From an uncultured Clostridia bacterium (GTDB lineage: Bacteria > Bacillota > Clostridia > TANB77 > CAG-508): 31,598 nucleotides of DNA. The DNA lies in assembly GCA_944388645.1 (NCBI GenBank), contig CALXJO010000001.1, positions 1-31,598 of the forward strand. The letters run 5' to 3'. The stretch's first letter is position 1. Every line of letters starts with the position of its first letter. The notes under the pieces were generated by a model. It was given only the letters and a program-made list of their open reading frames with translations. It did not search any database and was not told where the DNA came from. Positions 18,648 through 26,923 of the stretch are shown here, one piece after another. A program made the translations under genes and the position numbers.

Positions 18648-20036
18648 ATGGAAAAAATAACAATTAAAGATTTATATCGTAAAACATCTGATTATATTGA
18701 TAAAGATGTAGAAGTTTCTGGATGGGTTAGAACTTTAAGAGATTCAAAAACATTTGGTTTTATTGAAGTGAATGATGGATCTTTTTTTAAGAATTTACAA
18801 ATTGTATTTAATGATACTCTTTCTAATTTTGAAGAAATCTGTAAATTATCTATTAGTTCTACAATTATAGTTCAAGGTAAAATTGTTAAAACAGAAAATG
18901 CAAAACAACCTTTTGAAATGCATGCAAGTTCAGTAGAAGTTTTTAATTTATCTGACTCTAGCTATCCTCTTCAAAAGAAAAGACATTCTTTTGAATTTTT
19001 AAGAACTGTTGCACATTTACGTCCAAGAACTAATACATTTAGTGCTGTGTTTAGAATTAGAAGTGTTGCAGCTTTTGCAATTCATGAATATTTTCAAAAT
19101 AATGGCTATGTGTATGTAAATACACCTATTATTACTTGTGCTGATTGTGAAGGTTCAGCAGAAATGTTTAAATTAACTACATTAGATTTAGATAAACCAT
19201 TACCTACAAAAGATGGTAAAACAGATTTTTCAGAAGATATTTTTGGAAAGAAAGCTTTTATAACAGGTTCTGGACAACTACATGGGGAGACTTTTGCTGC
19301 AGCTTTTGGTAAAATTTATACATTTGGACCAACTCTTCGTTCAGAAAATTCAAATACCAAAACACATGCAAACGAATTTTGGATGATTGAACCAGAAATT
19401 TCATTTTGTGATTTAGAGCAATTGATGGATATTGAAGAAGATTTCTTAAAATATATAGTAAAAACTGTATTAGAAAAATGCCCTGAAGAAATAGCTTTTT
19501 GTGATCAGTTTGTTGAAAAAGGATTAATTGATAAATTAAACAGATTAATCAATTCAGACTTTGTTAGAATTGACCATAAAGAAGCAATCGATTTATTAAA
19601 GAAGGCTGATAGAAAATGGGAATTTACTCCAGAATATGGTGAAGATTTAGCAAAAGAACATGAAAAATATATTACAGAATATTATAATGGCCCTGTTTTT
19701 GTAAAGAATTGGCCAAAAGATATTAAATCTTACTATATGAAAGTTAATCCAGATGGAAAAACAGTTGCAGCTGTTGACCTAGAGGTTCCAGGTGCTGGAG
19801 AAATTATGGGTGGTTCTCAAAGAGAGGAAGATTATGATAAATTAGTAGCTCGTATGAAAGATATGGGAATTGATACAGAGCAATTATATTGGTATTTAGA
19901 GCTACGTAAATATGGTTCTAATATACATTCAGGTTTTGGTCTTGGTTTTGAAAGACTTCTTATGTACATTACAGGTATGGAAAATATTAGAGATGTTATT
20001 CCTTACCCAAGAACACCAAATAACTGTGATTTTTAA
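18648..20036 (+). CDS. asnS: Asparagine--tRNA ligase
   Basis: GWVRT, FIEVNDGS, LRPRTN, SGQL, YTFGPT.RSENSNT, EFWMIEPE, EIMGGSQRE, HSGFGLGFER. Start moved to ATG 18648, which has GGGAG upstream. Confidence 0.93.
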   Translation: MEKITIKDLYRKTSDYIDKDVEVSGWVRTLRDSKTFGFIEVNDGSFFKNLQIVFNDTLSNFEEICKLSISSTIIVQGKIVKTENAKQPFEMHASSVEVFNLSDSSYPLQKKRHSFEFLRTVAHLRPRTNTFSAVFRIRSVAAFAIHEYFQNNGYVYVNTPIITCADCEGSAEMFKLTTLDLDKPLPTKDGKTDFSEDIFGKKAFITGSGQLHGETFAAAFGKIYTFGPTLRSENSNTKTHANEFWMIEPEISFCDLEQLMDIEEDFLKYIVKTVLEKCPEEIAFCDQFVEKGLIDKLNRLINSDFVRIDHKEAIDLLKKADRKWEFTPEYGEDLAKEHEKYITEYYNGPVFVKNWPKDIKSYYMKVNPDGKTVAAVDLEVPGAGEIMGGSQREEDYDKLVARMKDMGIDTEQLYWYLELRKYGSNIHSGFGLGFERLLMYITGMENIRDVIPYPRTPNNCDF

Positions 20037-20058
20037 TTTAATTTTTTAGATAAAGAAA

Positions 20059-20088
20059 TAGCCGGCACCAAATTCATGGTGCCGGCTA
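20059..20088 (-). terminator. GC-rich terminator hairpin H1
   Basis: Perfect 12-bp stem TAGCCGGCACCA / TGGTGCCGGCTA; U-tract only on the minus strand. Confidence 0.8.
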
Positions 20089-20095
20089 AAAAGAA

Positions 20096-20125
20096 CAGCT
20101 GGTGCCCAATTAATGGCACCAGCTG
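20096..20125 (-). terminator. GC-rich terminator hairpin H2 for the 60-aa gene
   Basis: Perfect 11-bp stem CAGCTGGTGCC / GGCACCAGCTG followed on the minus strand by TTCTTTTT. Confidence 0.82.
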
Positions 20126-20158
20126 CAGGGGGGTAGTCTAGGCTAGGCTTTCTTGTCT

Positions 20159-20341
20159 TTAGACAAGTCCGCTTTTGCACCAGACCGAAAACAGGCCCTC
20201 AGTGGCCGAAGGAACCACCGTTGTACGAACGGGCAGTCTCTCCTTAAGGAAACCTGCAAGACTATGGGCTTCCTGTTCATCGGTTGGAATACCGACTGCA
20301 GTCCACCCTTGCTTTTCGGCTTCCTTTGCAGTACTCGGCAT
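20159..20341 (-). CDS. GC-rich small hypothetical protein (60 aa), unit C
   Basis: AAGGAGGT RBS before ATG 20341, dedicated promoter and terminator; 29 of 60 G+C in line 20221. MPSTAKEAEKQGWTAVGIPTDEQEAHSLAGFLKERLPVRTTVVPSATEGLFSVWCKSGLV. Confidence 0.72.
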   Translation of the reverse strand: MPSTAKEAEKQGWTAVGIPTDEQEAHSLAGFLKERLPVRTTVVPSATEGLFSVWCKSGLV

Positions 20342-20388
20342 TGGCGTGTACCTCCTTTTTTGTACTTCCTTTTTCAAGGATACTATTT

Positions 20389-20417
20389 ATTATACCACAT
20401 TTTTTTCTTTTTTTCAA
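20389..20417 (-). promoter_or_regulatory. Extended -10 SigA-type promoter of unit C
   Basis: Minus strand TTGAAA, 17 bp ending TGTGG, TATAAT. Confidence 0.8.
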
Positions 20418-20475
20418 ATCAAGATACAAGTTTGACCCTATATTCATATTACAAAATTTGACAAAATTCCACTTT

Positions 20476-21285
20476 TTATTTCTTTTCATTTTTATCAAAA
20501 TTTATTTTTTGTCTTACATATTCATATAACACTATACCTGTTGCAACAGAAGCATTTAAGCTCTCTGTTCTTCCTAGCATTGGTATTTTTACTTTATTAT
20601 CAGCTAATTCCTGTACTTCTTTTGATACCCCATTGGCTTCGTTTCCAATTACTATTACTTTTTTCTTATAATCTATATTATATATGCTGTCTTCTGTATC
20701 TAGAGATGTTACTACTACTTTAAATTTATTCTTCTTTATTTCTTTTAATGTTTGAACTAAATTGTCTGTTTCAATTATTTTTACTCTAAATATTGCTCCC
20801 ATTGTAGATCTTACAACCTTTGGATTATATGGGTCTGCTGTGTTTTTTGTAATAATTATTTGGTTTAAGTTTACGCTATCTGCTGTTCTTAAAATAGTTC
20901 CTAAATTTCCTGGATCTTGTATCCCATCTAATGCAAGTATTAAATCTTGGTTATAATCTATATTACTATCTCTTCCTGGCTTTTCTATTACAGCTAAAAT
21001 TCCTTGTGGAGCTACTACATCTGTTAAAGTGCTAAAAACTTTCTTACTTACATATATACAGTTATATTTTGCAATCTCATATAGTAACTTTTGGCTTATT
21101 TCTTCCGCTTCTACACACTCTTCACAAATAACTATCTTATTTATCTTTGCACGTTCTGCAATTGCTTCTTCAATTATCTTTATTCCCTCAATTATATATA
21201 AGCCTTCTTCATCTCTATATTTCTTCTCTTTTAGCTTTTTTAAGCCCTTAATTATCTCATTATCTTTACTCGTAATAACTTGCAT
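20476..21285 (-). CDS. TrmH/SpoU family RNA 2'-O-methyltransferase
   Basis: IQDPGNLGTILRTA, VRSTMGA, VIGNEANG, IPMLGRTESLNASVA. Confidence 0.93.
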   Translation of the reverse strand: MQVITSKDNEIIKGLKKLKEKKYRDEEGLYIIEGIKIIEEAIAERAKINKIVICEECVEAEEISQKLLYEIAKYNCIYVSKKVFSTLTDVVAPQGILAVIEKPGRDSNIDYNQDLILALDGIQDPGNLGTILRTADSVNLNQIIITKNTADPYNPKVVRSTMGAIFRVKIIETDNLVQTLKEIKKNKFKVVVTSLDTEDSIYNIDYKKKVIVIGNEANGVSKEVQELADNKVKIPMLGRTESLNASVATGIVLYEYVRQKINFDKNEKK

Positions 21286-21375
21286 TAACTTCCTCCAAAA
21301 CTTTATTATTAATATTCTTCACAAATTTAAGAAAAATATTTATTACAATTTACAACAAATTCTAATTGTCTTGAG

Positions 21376-21447
21376 AAACTTTATATATTTTTGCAGAATT
21401 TTTCATCTTCCCAGAAGTGATAAAATTTGCAAAAATATATAAAGTTT
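21376..21447. repeat. Palindromic repeat, short form without the GGAGC core
   Basis: Perfect 20-bp inverted repeat AAACTTTATATATTTTTGCA (21376-21395) / 21428-21447; flanks of the loop match the 11205-11308 element. Confidence 0.85.
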
Positions 21448-21491
21448 TTATTCATTAATTATAATAATGAATTTATTACAAACTTTAATTG

Positions 21492-21598
21492 AGAAAATTT
21501 ATATATTTTGAAAATGATGAGGAGCCGCGTAAGTTTTGGAGCAGCGTAAGCTGCGACCCAAGGCGACGAAAAGAATTTGAAAAATATATAAATTTTCT
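21492..21598. repeat. Palindromic repeat with GC-rich core
   Basis: Perfect 18-bp inverted repeat 21492-21509 / 21581-21598; core GCGTAAGTTTTGGAGCAGCGTAAGCTGCGACCCAAG is homologous to the 7078-7184 copy. Confidence 0.88.
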
Positions 21599-21608
21599 AT
21601 TATCTTAA

Positions 21609-24600
21609 TTATGAAATAACTTGTAATAATTCCTTAATTTGTGAAATAATTTTTTCTTCATCTTTTTCATTTATTTTTAATGTTATATATGGTTCAACAC
21701 CTGCAGAAAATCTAAGTTTAGTTCCATATTTTTCAAGTAACACTTTAATCTTTTCTTCATCTATTTTTATATCATCTTTATCCAAATTAACCATTATAGA
21801 TTTCTCTTTTTGTGTTACTTTAATAACACTAGCTTCTCTTGCTAAAATTTTTATTCTTGCAATTTCAATAAGATTTTCAACTTCTTTCGGCATACTTCCA
21901 TATCTATCTATAATTTCATCTATTACATCTTCTATATCTTCGTCATTTCTACATAGAGCTATATCTTGGTAAATCTCAATTTTTTGTGCTTGGTCTTCTA
22001 TATATGTATCTGGAATGTAGCTAGATAAGTTTATATCTATTTGAATTTCTTTTTCTTCTTTTACTTCTGTTCCTTGCATTTCTTTTACAACTTCATCTAA
22101 TAACTTACAATAAGTATCATAACCAACTTGTTCCATATGACCTGATTGTATCTCACCAAGAAGGCTTCCAGCTCCTCTTATTTCTAGGTCTCTCATTGCA
22201 ATTTTAAATCCAGAACCAAATTCAGTAAATTCTTTTATTGCTTTTAATCTTTTATCTGCAATTTCAGATAATAATTTTTCTCTTCTATATGTAATATAAG
22301 CATAACCTTGTCTTTCACTTCTACCAACTCTTCCTCTTATTTGATACAATTGTGCAAGGCCTAGCCTATCTGCGTTTTCTACAATTATTGTGTTTGCATT
22401 TGGAATATCTATACCAGACTCTAATATTGTAGTACATACAAGAACATCTATTTTATGGTCTATAAAGTCTTGCATTATACTTTCAATTTCTCCACCTGTC
22501 ATTTTACCATGTGCAAATTCAACTTTTGCTTCTGGAACTAATTTAGAAATTTCATCTGCTTTTCGTATTATTCCACTAACATTATTAAATAGATAAAATA
22601 CTTGACCATTTCTTTCAAGTTCTTTTGTAATTGCTTCTTTTATAACCTCTGAATCATATTCTAGAACATATGTCTGAACAGGTTTTCTGTTTTGTGGTGG
22701 TTCATATATTACAGACATATCTCTTATTCCAACAATAGACATATGTAACGTTCTTGGAATTGGAGTTGCAGTCATTGTTAAAACATCTATATTTTCTTTT
22801 AACTTCTTTATTTTTTCTTTGTCTTTAACCCCAAATCTATGCTCTTCGTCTATTATAAGTAATCCTAAATCTTTAAATTCAACATCTTTACTTAATATTC
22901 TGTGTGTTCCAACTATTACATCAATTTCACCAAGTTTTAGCTTTTTTATTATTGTTTCTTGTTCTTTTTTAGTTCTAAATCTATTTAATAGTTCTACTCT
23001 TATTGCAAAATCTTCCATTCTAGATTTAAATTCTTCATATTGCTGGTTTGCAAGTATTGTTGTTGGAACTAAATACGCTACTTGTTTTTGATCCATTACA
23101 GCTTTAAATGCCGCTCTTATTGCAACTTCCGTTTTACCATAACCAACATCACCACACAAAAGTCTATCCATTGGCTTATCTGTTTCCATATCTTTTTTCA
23201 CTTCTGCAATACATCTTAATTGGTCTTCTGTTTCTTGATAAGGAAAGCTATCTTCAAATTCTTTTTGCCAAGGAGTATCTTTCGAGAACATAAATCCTTT
23301 TGCTTTTTGTCTTTTTGCATATAATTCTATTAAGTCTCTTGCAACTTCTCTTAAATTAGACTTTACTCTTGCTTTAGTATTTTCCCACTCTTTGCTTCCA
23401 AGCCTGTTTAATTTTGGCTCTCCTTCTCCTCCACCAATATATTTTCTTATATTGTCTAACATGTCTGTTGGAACATATAAAGAGTCATCATTTTTATATT
23501 TTATTTTAATATAATCTTTTGTAATTCCATCTGCTGCCTTTATTGTATTTACGCCGATATAGATTCCAATTCCTTGGGTTTTATGTACTACATAATCTCC
23601 TGCATGTAAATCAGCAAATACAACCTTCTCACCTTGTTTAAAGGCATCTGAATGTCTTCTTTTTCTAGTTTCGCTTCCAATAAAGTCTTCACTTGTTATA
23701 ACAGTTAAATTTAAGTCATAGTTCTCAAAACCAGATGATAAAGTTCCGTTTGATATAATTACATGTCCGGCATTTAATTCTTGCTCTATTGGATTTTTAT
23801 AAATTAGAGTTTCTTGGTCATCTAGTTTTTCAAAATATTTATATGTAATTTCTTCTTGAGATAAAAGTTCTTCTATTTTTTTAGAACCTGTTTCATTTCC
23901 TGCAAGTATTATTATTTTCTTCTTTTGCTCCTGAGCTTTTTTTACTTCATCTGTTAAAATTTTTATTTCACTTTTAAAGAAATGGATATCTCTATATTTA
24001 AAATTATAAACATGGCTCGAGAATTTACTTTTTTCGCTACTTGTAAGTAAATCTGTTTCATATAAATATATTAATTGCTTGTTTTCTATCTCTTCTATAT
24101 CAAATTTTGCTATGTTTTTTATGCTATCTGGAATAACTCTATTTTTATCTAATAGTGTGTCCATCAATTGTGTATTATCTTTTAATATATTTTCCTGTCT
24201 TGCATTTATTTTATCAATACTATCTATAAATAATAAGTATTTATCATTTAGGTAATCCAATAATGTATTTTGTGTATCATAAAAACAGTTAAAATATTTA
24301 TCTATTTTACTAATATAGTCTCCAGATTTTATTAACTCTAAATCTTGACTAATATTTTCTCTTATCTCATCATTTGTTTCTTTTTCTAGCCTTTTTTCTA
24401 TTTGTTTGCAAACTTCTTGTATGTCCTTTGTTACAATTAATTCATGAGATGGATATATAACTGCTTTATCTAGCATTTTGTTTGACCTTTGCGATGTTAT
24501 ACTAAAGCTTCTTATAGAATCTACTTCATCACCCCAAAATTCAATTCTAATTCCTTGGTTATTAGAGGTTCCTATATCTATTATTCCACCTCTTATGCTA

Positions 24601-25130
24601 AATTGTCCTTTTCCCTCTACTATGTCTGCTCTTTCATAACCTAGGTGTATTAAAGCTTGTTTTAGATTTTCTTGTTCAAAAGTCTTGCCTACTTCAAATT
24701 CTAATGTTGTTTTATATATTTCTTCTCTAGAAATCATTTTTTGCATTAATGCTTCTATTGTTGTTACAACTATTAAATTACTTCTTTTATTCTTTTCCTG
24801 CTCAAATATTTTATTTAAAGTCTCTATTCTTTCATAAGGTAGGTCTTTACTTTCTGCCACATAGTCATAAGAAGCAATCTCTCTTTTAGGGAAATATACA
24901 ACATTATTGCTAAAGTATTTTAGGTCTTTAACTATATTTCTTGCTTGCAACTCATTATATGTTATTATGCATAAATTTTTTCCTGTATATTGTTTGCTTG
25001 CTTCTATTAACTGAATCTTTCCAACAGAAGATAAGCCTGATAATACTATCGGGCTTATTTTATTTTTTATTTCTGTTATATATTCAGAGAATTTATCTAA
25101 ATTCTCCAATTCTTTTATAATAATATTCAT
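21609..25130 (-). CDS. mfd: Transcription-repair coupling factor
   Basis: RGGIIDI, GDYVVHKTQGIG, CGDVGYGKTEVA, IIDEEHRFG, TATPIPRTL, QIRGRVGRS, DLEIRGAGSLLG. Confidence 0.97.
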   Translation of the reverse strand: MNIIIKELENLDKFSEYITEIKNKISPIVLSGLSSVGKIQLIEASKQYTGKNLCIITYNELQARNIVKDLKYFSNNVVYFPKREIASYDYVAESKDLPYERIETLNKIFEQEKNKRSNLIVVTTIEALMQKMISREEIYKTTLEFEVGKTFEQENLKQALIHLGYERADIVEGKGQFSIRGGIIDIGTSNNQGIRIEFWGDEVDSIRSFSITSQRSNKMLDKAVIYPSHELIVTKDIQEVCKQIEKRLEKETNDEIRENISQDLELIKSGDYISKIDKYFNCFYDTQNTLLDYLNDKYLLFIDSIDKINARQENILKDNTQLMDTLLDKNRVIPDSIKNIAKFDIEEIENKQLIYLYETDLLTSSEKSKFSSHVYNFKYRDIHFFKSEIKILTDEVKKAQEQKKKIIILAGNETGSKKIEELLSQEEITYKYFEKLDDQETLIYKNPIEQELNAGHVIISNGTLSSGFENYDLNLTVITSEDFIGSETRKRRHSDAFKQGEKVVFADLHAGDYVVHKTQGIGIYIGVNTIKAADGITKDYIKIKYKNDDSLYVPTDMLDNIRKYIGGGEGEPKLNRLGSKEWENTKARVKSNLREVARDLIELYAKRQKAKGFMFSKDTPWQKEFEDSFPYQETEDQLRCIAEVKKDMETDKPMDRLLCGDVGYGKTEVAIRAAFKAVMDQKQVAYLVPTTILANQQYEEFKSRMEDFAIRVELLNRFRTKKEQETIIKKLKLGEIDVIVGTHRILSKDVEFKDLGLLIIDEEHRFGVKDKEKIKKLKENIDVLTMTATPIPRTLHMSIVGIRDMSVIYEPPQNRKPVQTYVLEYDSEVIKEAITKELERNGQVFYLFNNVSGIIRKADEISKLVPEAKVEFAHGKMTGGEIESIMQDFIDHKIDVLVCTTILESGIDIPNANTIIVENADRLGLAQLYQIRGRVGRSERQGYAYITYRREKLLSEIADKRLKAIKEFTEFGSGFKIAMRDLEIRGAGSLLGEIQSGHMEQVGYDTYCKLLDEVVKEMQGTEVKEEKEIQIDINLSSYIPDTYIEDQAQKIEIYQDIALCRNDEDIEDVIDEIIDRYGSMPKEVENLIEIARIKILAREASVIKVTQKEKSIMVNLDKDDIKIDEEKIKVLLEKYGTKLRFSAGVEPYITLKINEKDEEKIISQIKELLQVIS

Positions 25131-25139
25131 TTTATGCCT

Positions 25140-25673
25140 CTAATTGCTTTCTAAATATTTAATATAAATTTTGGCACAGCACTCACAATCAAATTCGGCT
25201 CTATGAAAACCATCTTCTTCTATTCCAATATACTTTGATACAGTGTTTAATTTATGGTTTGGTAGGCTTGGTAACATTTTTCTGCTGATGGCTACTGTGT
25301 CTATTACTTTATTTTTAGAAAAACTTTTTTGAGAATTATTTTGTAAAAAACTATAGTCAAAGTTTGCATTATGTGCCACAATTGGGTAATCTCCAATAAA
25401 GTCTATAAGTTTTGGCATTACTTGCTCAATATTTGGTGCGTTTTTTACCATTTCATTAGTTATTCCTGTTATGTTTGTGATAGTATCTGATATTTCCTTT
25501 TTTGGTTTTATTAAAGTAGAGAATATATCTTTCTTTTTTGCTTTTTCATATTTTATTGCACTTATTTCTATTAATTCATTATATACTGGAGAAAGTCCAG
25601 TAGTTTCAACATCTATTGCAACAAAATTAGCTTCTTTATCTTTTGTTAATTTTTTATTTTCTTTATTGTTCAT
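25140..25673 (-). CDS. DEDDh 3'-5' exonuclease (DnaQ/PolC exonuclease-domain-like)
   Basis: DVETTG, AHNANFD, DT, HRAEFD motifs. Confidence 0.9.
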   Translation of the reverse strand: MNNKENKKLTKDKEANFVAIDVETTGLSPVYNELIEISAIKYEKAKKKDIFSTLIKPKKEISDTITNITGITNEMVKNAPNIEQVMPKLIDFIGDYPIVAHNANFDYSFLQNNSQKSFSKNKVIDTVAISRKMLPSLPNHKLNTVSKYIGIEEDGFHRAEFDCECCAKIYIKYLESN

Positions 25674-25935
25674 TTATAACTTCTACTTCTCCTCTTTCTA
25701 TTTTTTCTAATGCTGTAGCTATTTGGTCAGGACATGATGTACCTTTTCTTCCGCACTCTATTCCTTTTAGTCTTTTTATAACTTCTTCTACAGTCATTCC
25801 TTTAACTAAACTTGATATTCCTTTTAAATTTCCATTGCATCCATTTTGTACTTGTAAGTTTTTTATTATTCCATTTTCTATTTCAACTATTATTTCTGTT
25901 GAGCATACTCCTTGTGGTTTATATTTATACTTCAT
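25663..25935 (-). CDS. TIGR03905-type TSCPD domain protein
   Basis: YKPQGVCS, GCNGNLKG, CGRKGTSCPDQ. Confidence 0.9.
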   Translation of the reverse strand: MKYKYKPQGVCSTEIIVEIENGIIKNLQVQNGCNGNLKGISSLVKGMTVEEVIKRLKGIECGRKGTSCPDQIATALEKIERGEVEVINEQ

Positions 25936-25969
25936 TTTCCTCTTTCCTCTATTCTTTTAAATATATAAT

Positions 25970-25998
25970 ATAATACTATAAATTAGGCTAAAAATCAA
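25970..25998 (-). promoter_or_regulatory. Possible SigA-type promoter for TSCPD-exonuclease-mfd
   Basis: Minus strand TTGATT, 17 bp, TATTAT; back to back with the unit A promoter. Confidence 0.55.
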
Positions 25999-26004
25999 TA
26001 TTTT

Positions 26005-26033
26005 TTGCTTTTTTATCTATATTGTGATATAAT
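26005..26033 (+). promoter_or_regulatory. Extended -10 SigA-type promoter of unit A
   Basis: TTGCTT, 17 bp ending TGTGA, TATAAT. Confidence 0.8.
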
Positions 26034-26081
26034 GTAATTTAAGCTGGGATGGTCTCAGCTTGCATAAAAAGGAGGTACTTT

Positions 26082-26438
26082 ATGACCGAAGGCTTGATTT
26101 TGAGCAAGACGATGCCTAATGACAAAAAGGCAGAAATCTGGTGTGCATCTCAAACGCCAGAAAATGCATTCATGCAAGAAACCGATGTTGCCATCGTGGA
26201 ACTTAGGTTTCCTGCTGACCGGTTCGCTGAAAAGGAGAAAACAATCAGGCGGAGATTCTACAAGATATTCTCCAACCTCGATTTTAACACCCTTAAGGCA
26301 ACCAAAGAGGTGGATTTTGAGTTCTCCTGTCCGCTCATGGATGGAGACCTCTGGAATGTGGTGATAGCACACTGCCGTACGCTGGATGCCACAGACTACA
26401 TCATCTCCACCTTTGTCGAGGCTTTAGAGTCTCTGTAA
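26082..26438 (+). CDS. GC-rich hypothetical protein (118 aa), unit A
   Basis: AAGGAGGTAC RBS before ATG 26082; 27 of 60 and 32 of 60 G+C in lines 26161 and 26341; own promoter and terminator. Confidence 0.8.
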   Translation: MTEGLILSKTMPNDKKAEIWCASQTPENAFMQETDVAIVELRFPADRFAEKEKTIRRRFYKIFSNLDFNTLKATKEVDFEFSCPLMDGDLWNVVIAHCRTLDATDYIISTFVEALESL

Positions 26439-26468
26439 AGCAAGGACACTAACAAGCCATGACCTCCA

Positions 26469-26508
26469 GTTCCCCACAGGCGCAATGTCTGTGGGGGACC
26501 ACTTTTTG
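26469..26508 (+). terminator. Intrinsic terminator of unit A
   Basis: 13-bp stem GTTCCCCACAGGC / GTCTGTGGGGGAC (two G-U pairs), loop GCAAT, then CACTTTTTG. Confidence 0.82.
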
Positions 26509-26537
26509 TTGAATTATGTCTTATGGTGTGGTATAAT
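26509..26537 (+). promoter_or_regulatory. Extended -10 SigA-type promoter of unit B
   Basis: TTGAAT, 17 bp ending TGTGG, TATAAT; begins directly after the unit A terminator. Confidence 0.8.
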
Positions 26538-26582
26538 ATAAGTTAAGCTGGAATGGTTCCAGTAAATACAAGGAGGTACGTG

Positions 26583-26912
26583 ATGGAAACAACAGTAAAA
26601 GTCAAGCGGAAAGTGATAAACGGGTATCATCCCGTAAACTGCGCAACAATCGTTGTAGGCAAATTGCTTTCACAAGACGAACATCAGACTAGCATCGGGA
26701 AACTCTCTCAGGATTTTCTTCCTGTAAAGGAAGAAATCTCTAAAACTGTACGCAAGTACTGGCACGACTCATACGTTTTTGAGGCTTTCAAGTCTATCAA
26801 GGGCGAAGAGCAGTACTTCTGCTTTTCCTGCTCCATCGAGAGTGCGTTGAACGAGAGGGAAAATCTCGACAGCGCCATTGTCAACATCGTCAGTGAACTG
26901 CAAGACACCTAA
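26583..26912 (+). CDS. GC-rich hypothetical protein (109 aa), unit B
   Basis: AAGGAGGTAC RBS before ATG 26583 (GTG 26580 possible); 28 of 60 G+C in line 26761; own promoter and terminator. Confidence 0.8.
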   Translation: METTVKVKRKVINGYHPVNCATIVVGKLLSQDEHQTSIGKLSQDFLPVKEEISKTVRKYWHDSYVFEAFKSIKGEEQYFCFSCSIESALNERENLDSAIVNIVSELQDT

Positions 26913-26923
26913 CTGACCTCCAC

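Noticed and set aside
20059-20125. Tandem hairpins as a mini CRISPR array
   Set aside because: Only two units with a 7-bp gap, no spacer-length sequence and no cas genes.
20041-20400. GC-rich stretch as a structural RNA gene (tmRNA, RNase P, SRP, 6S, tRNA)
   Set aside because: No recognisable conserved motifs of these RNAs; a promoter, RBS, ORF and terminator explain it better.
20153-20529. Alternative overlapping ORFs (20153-20461, 20175-20435, 20277-20498, 20284-20529)
   Set aside because: They lack an RBS or promoter and stay open mainly because of the higher GC; the minus-strand 60-aa frame has all expression signals.
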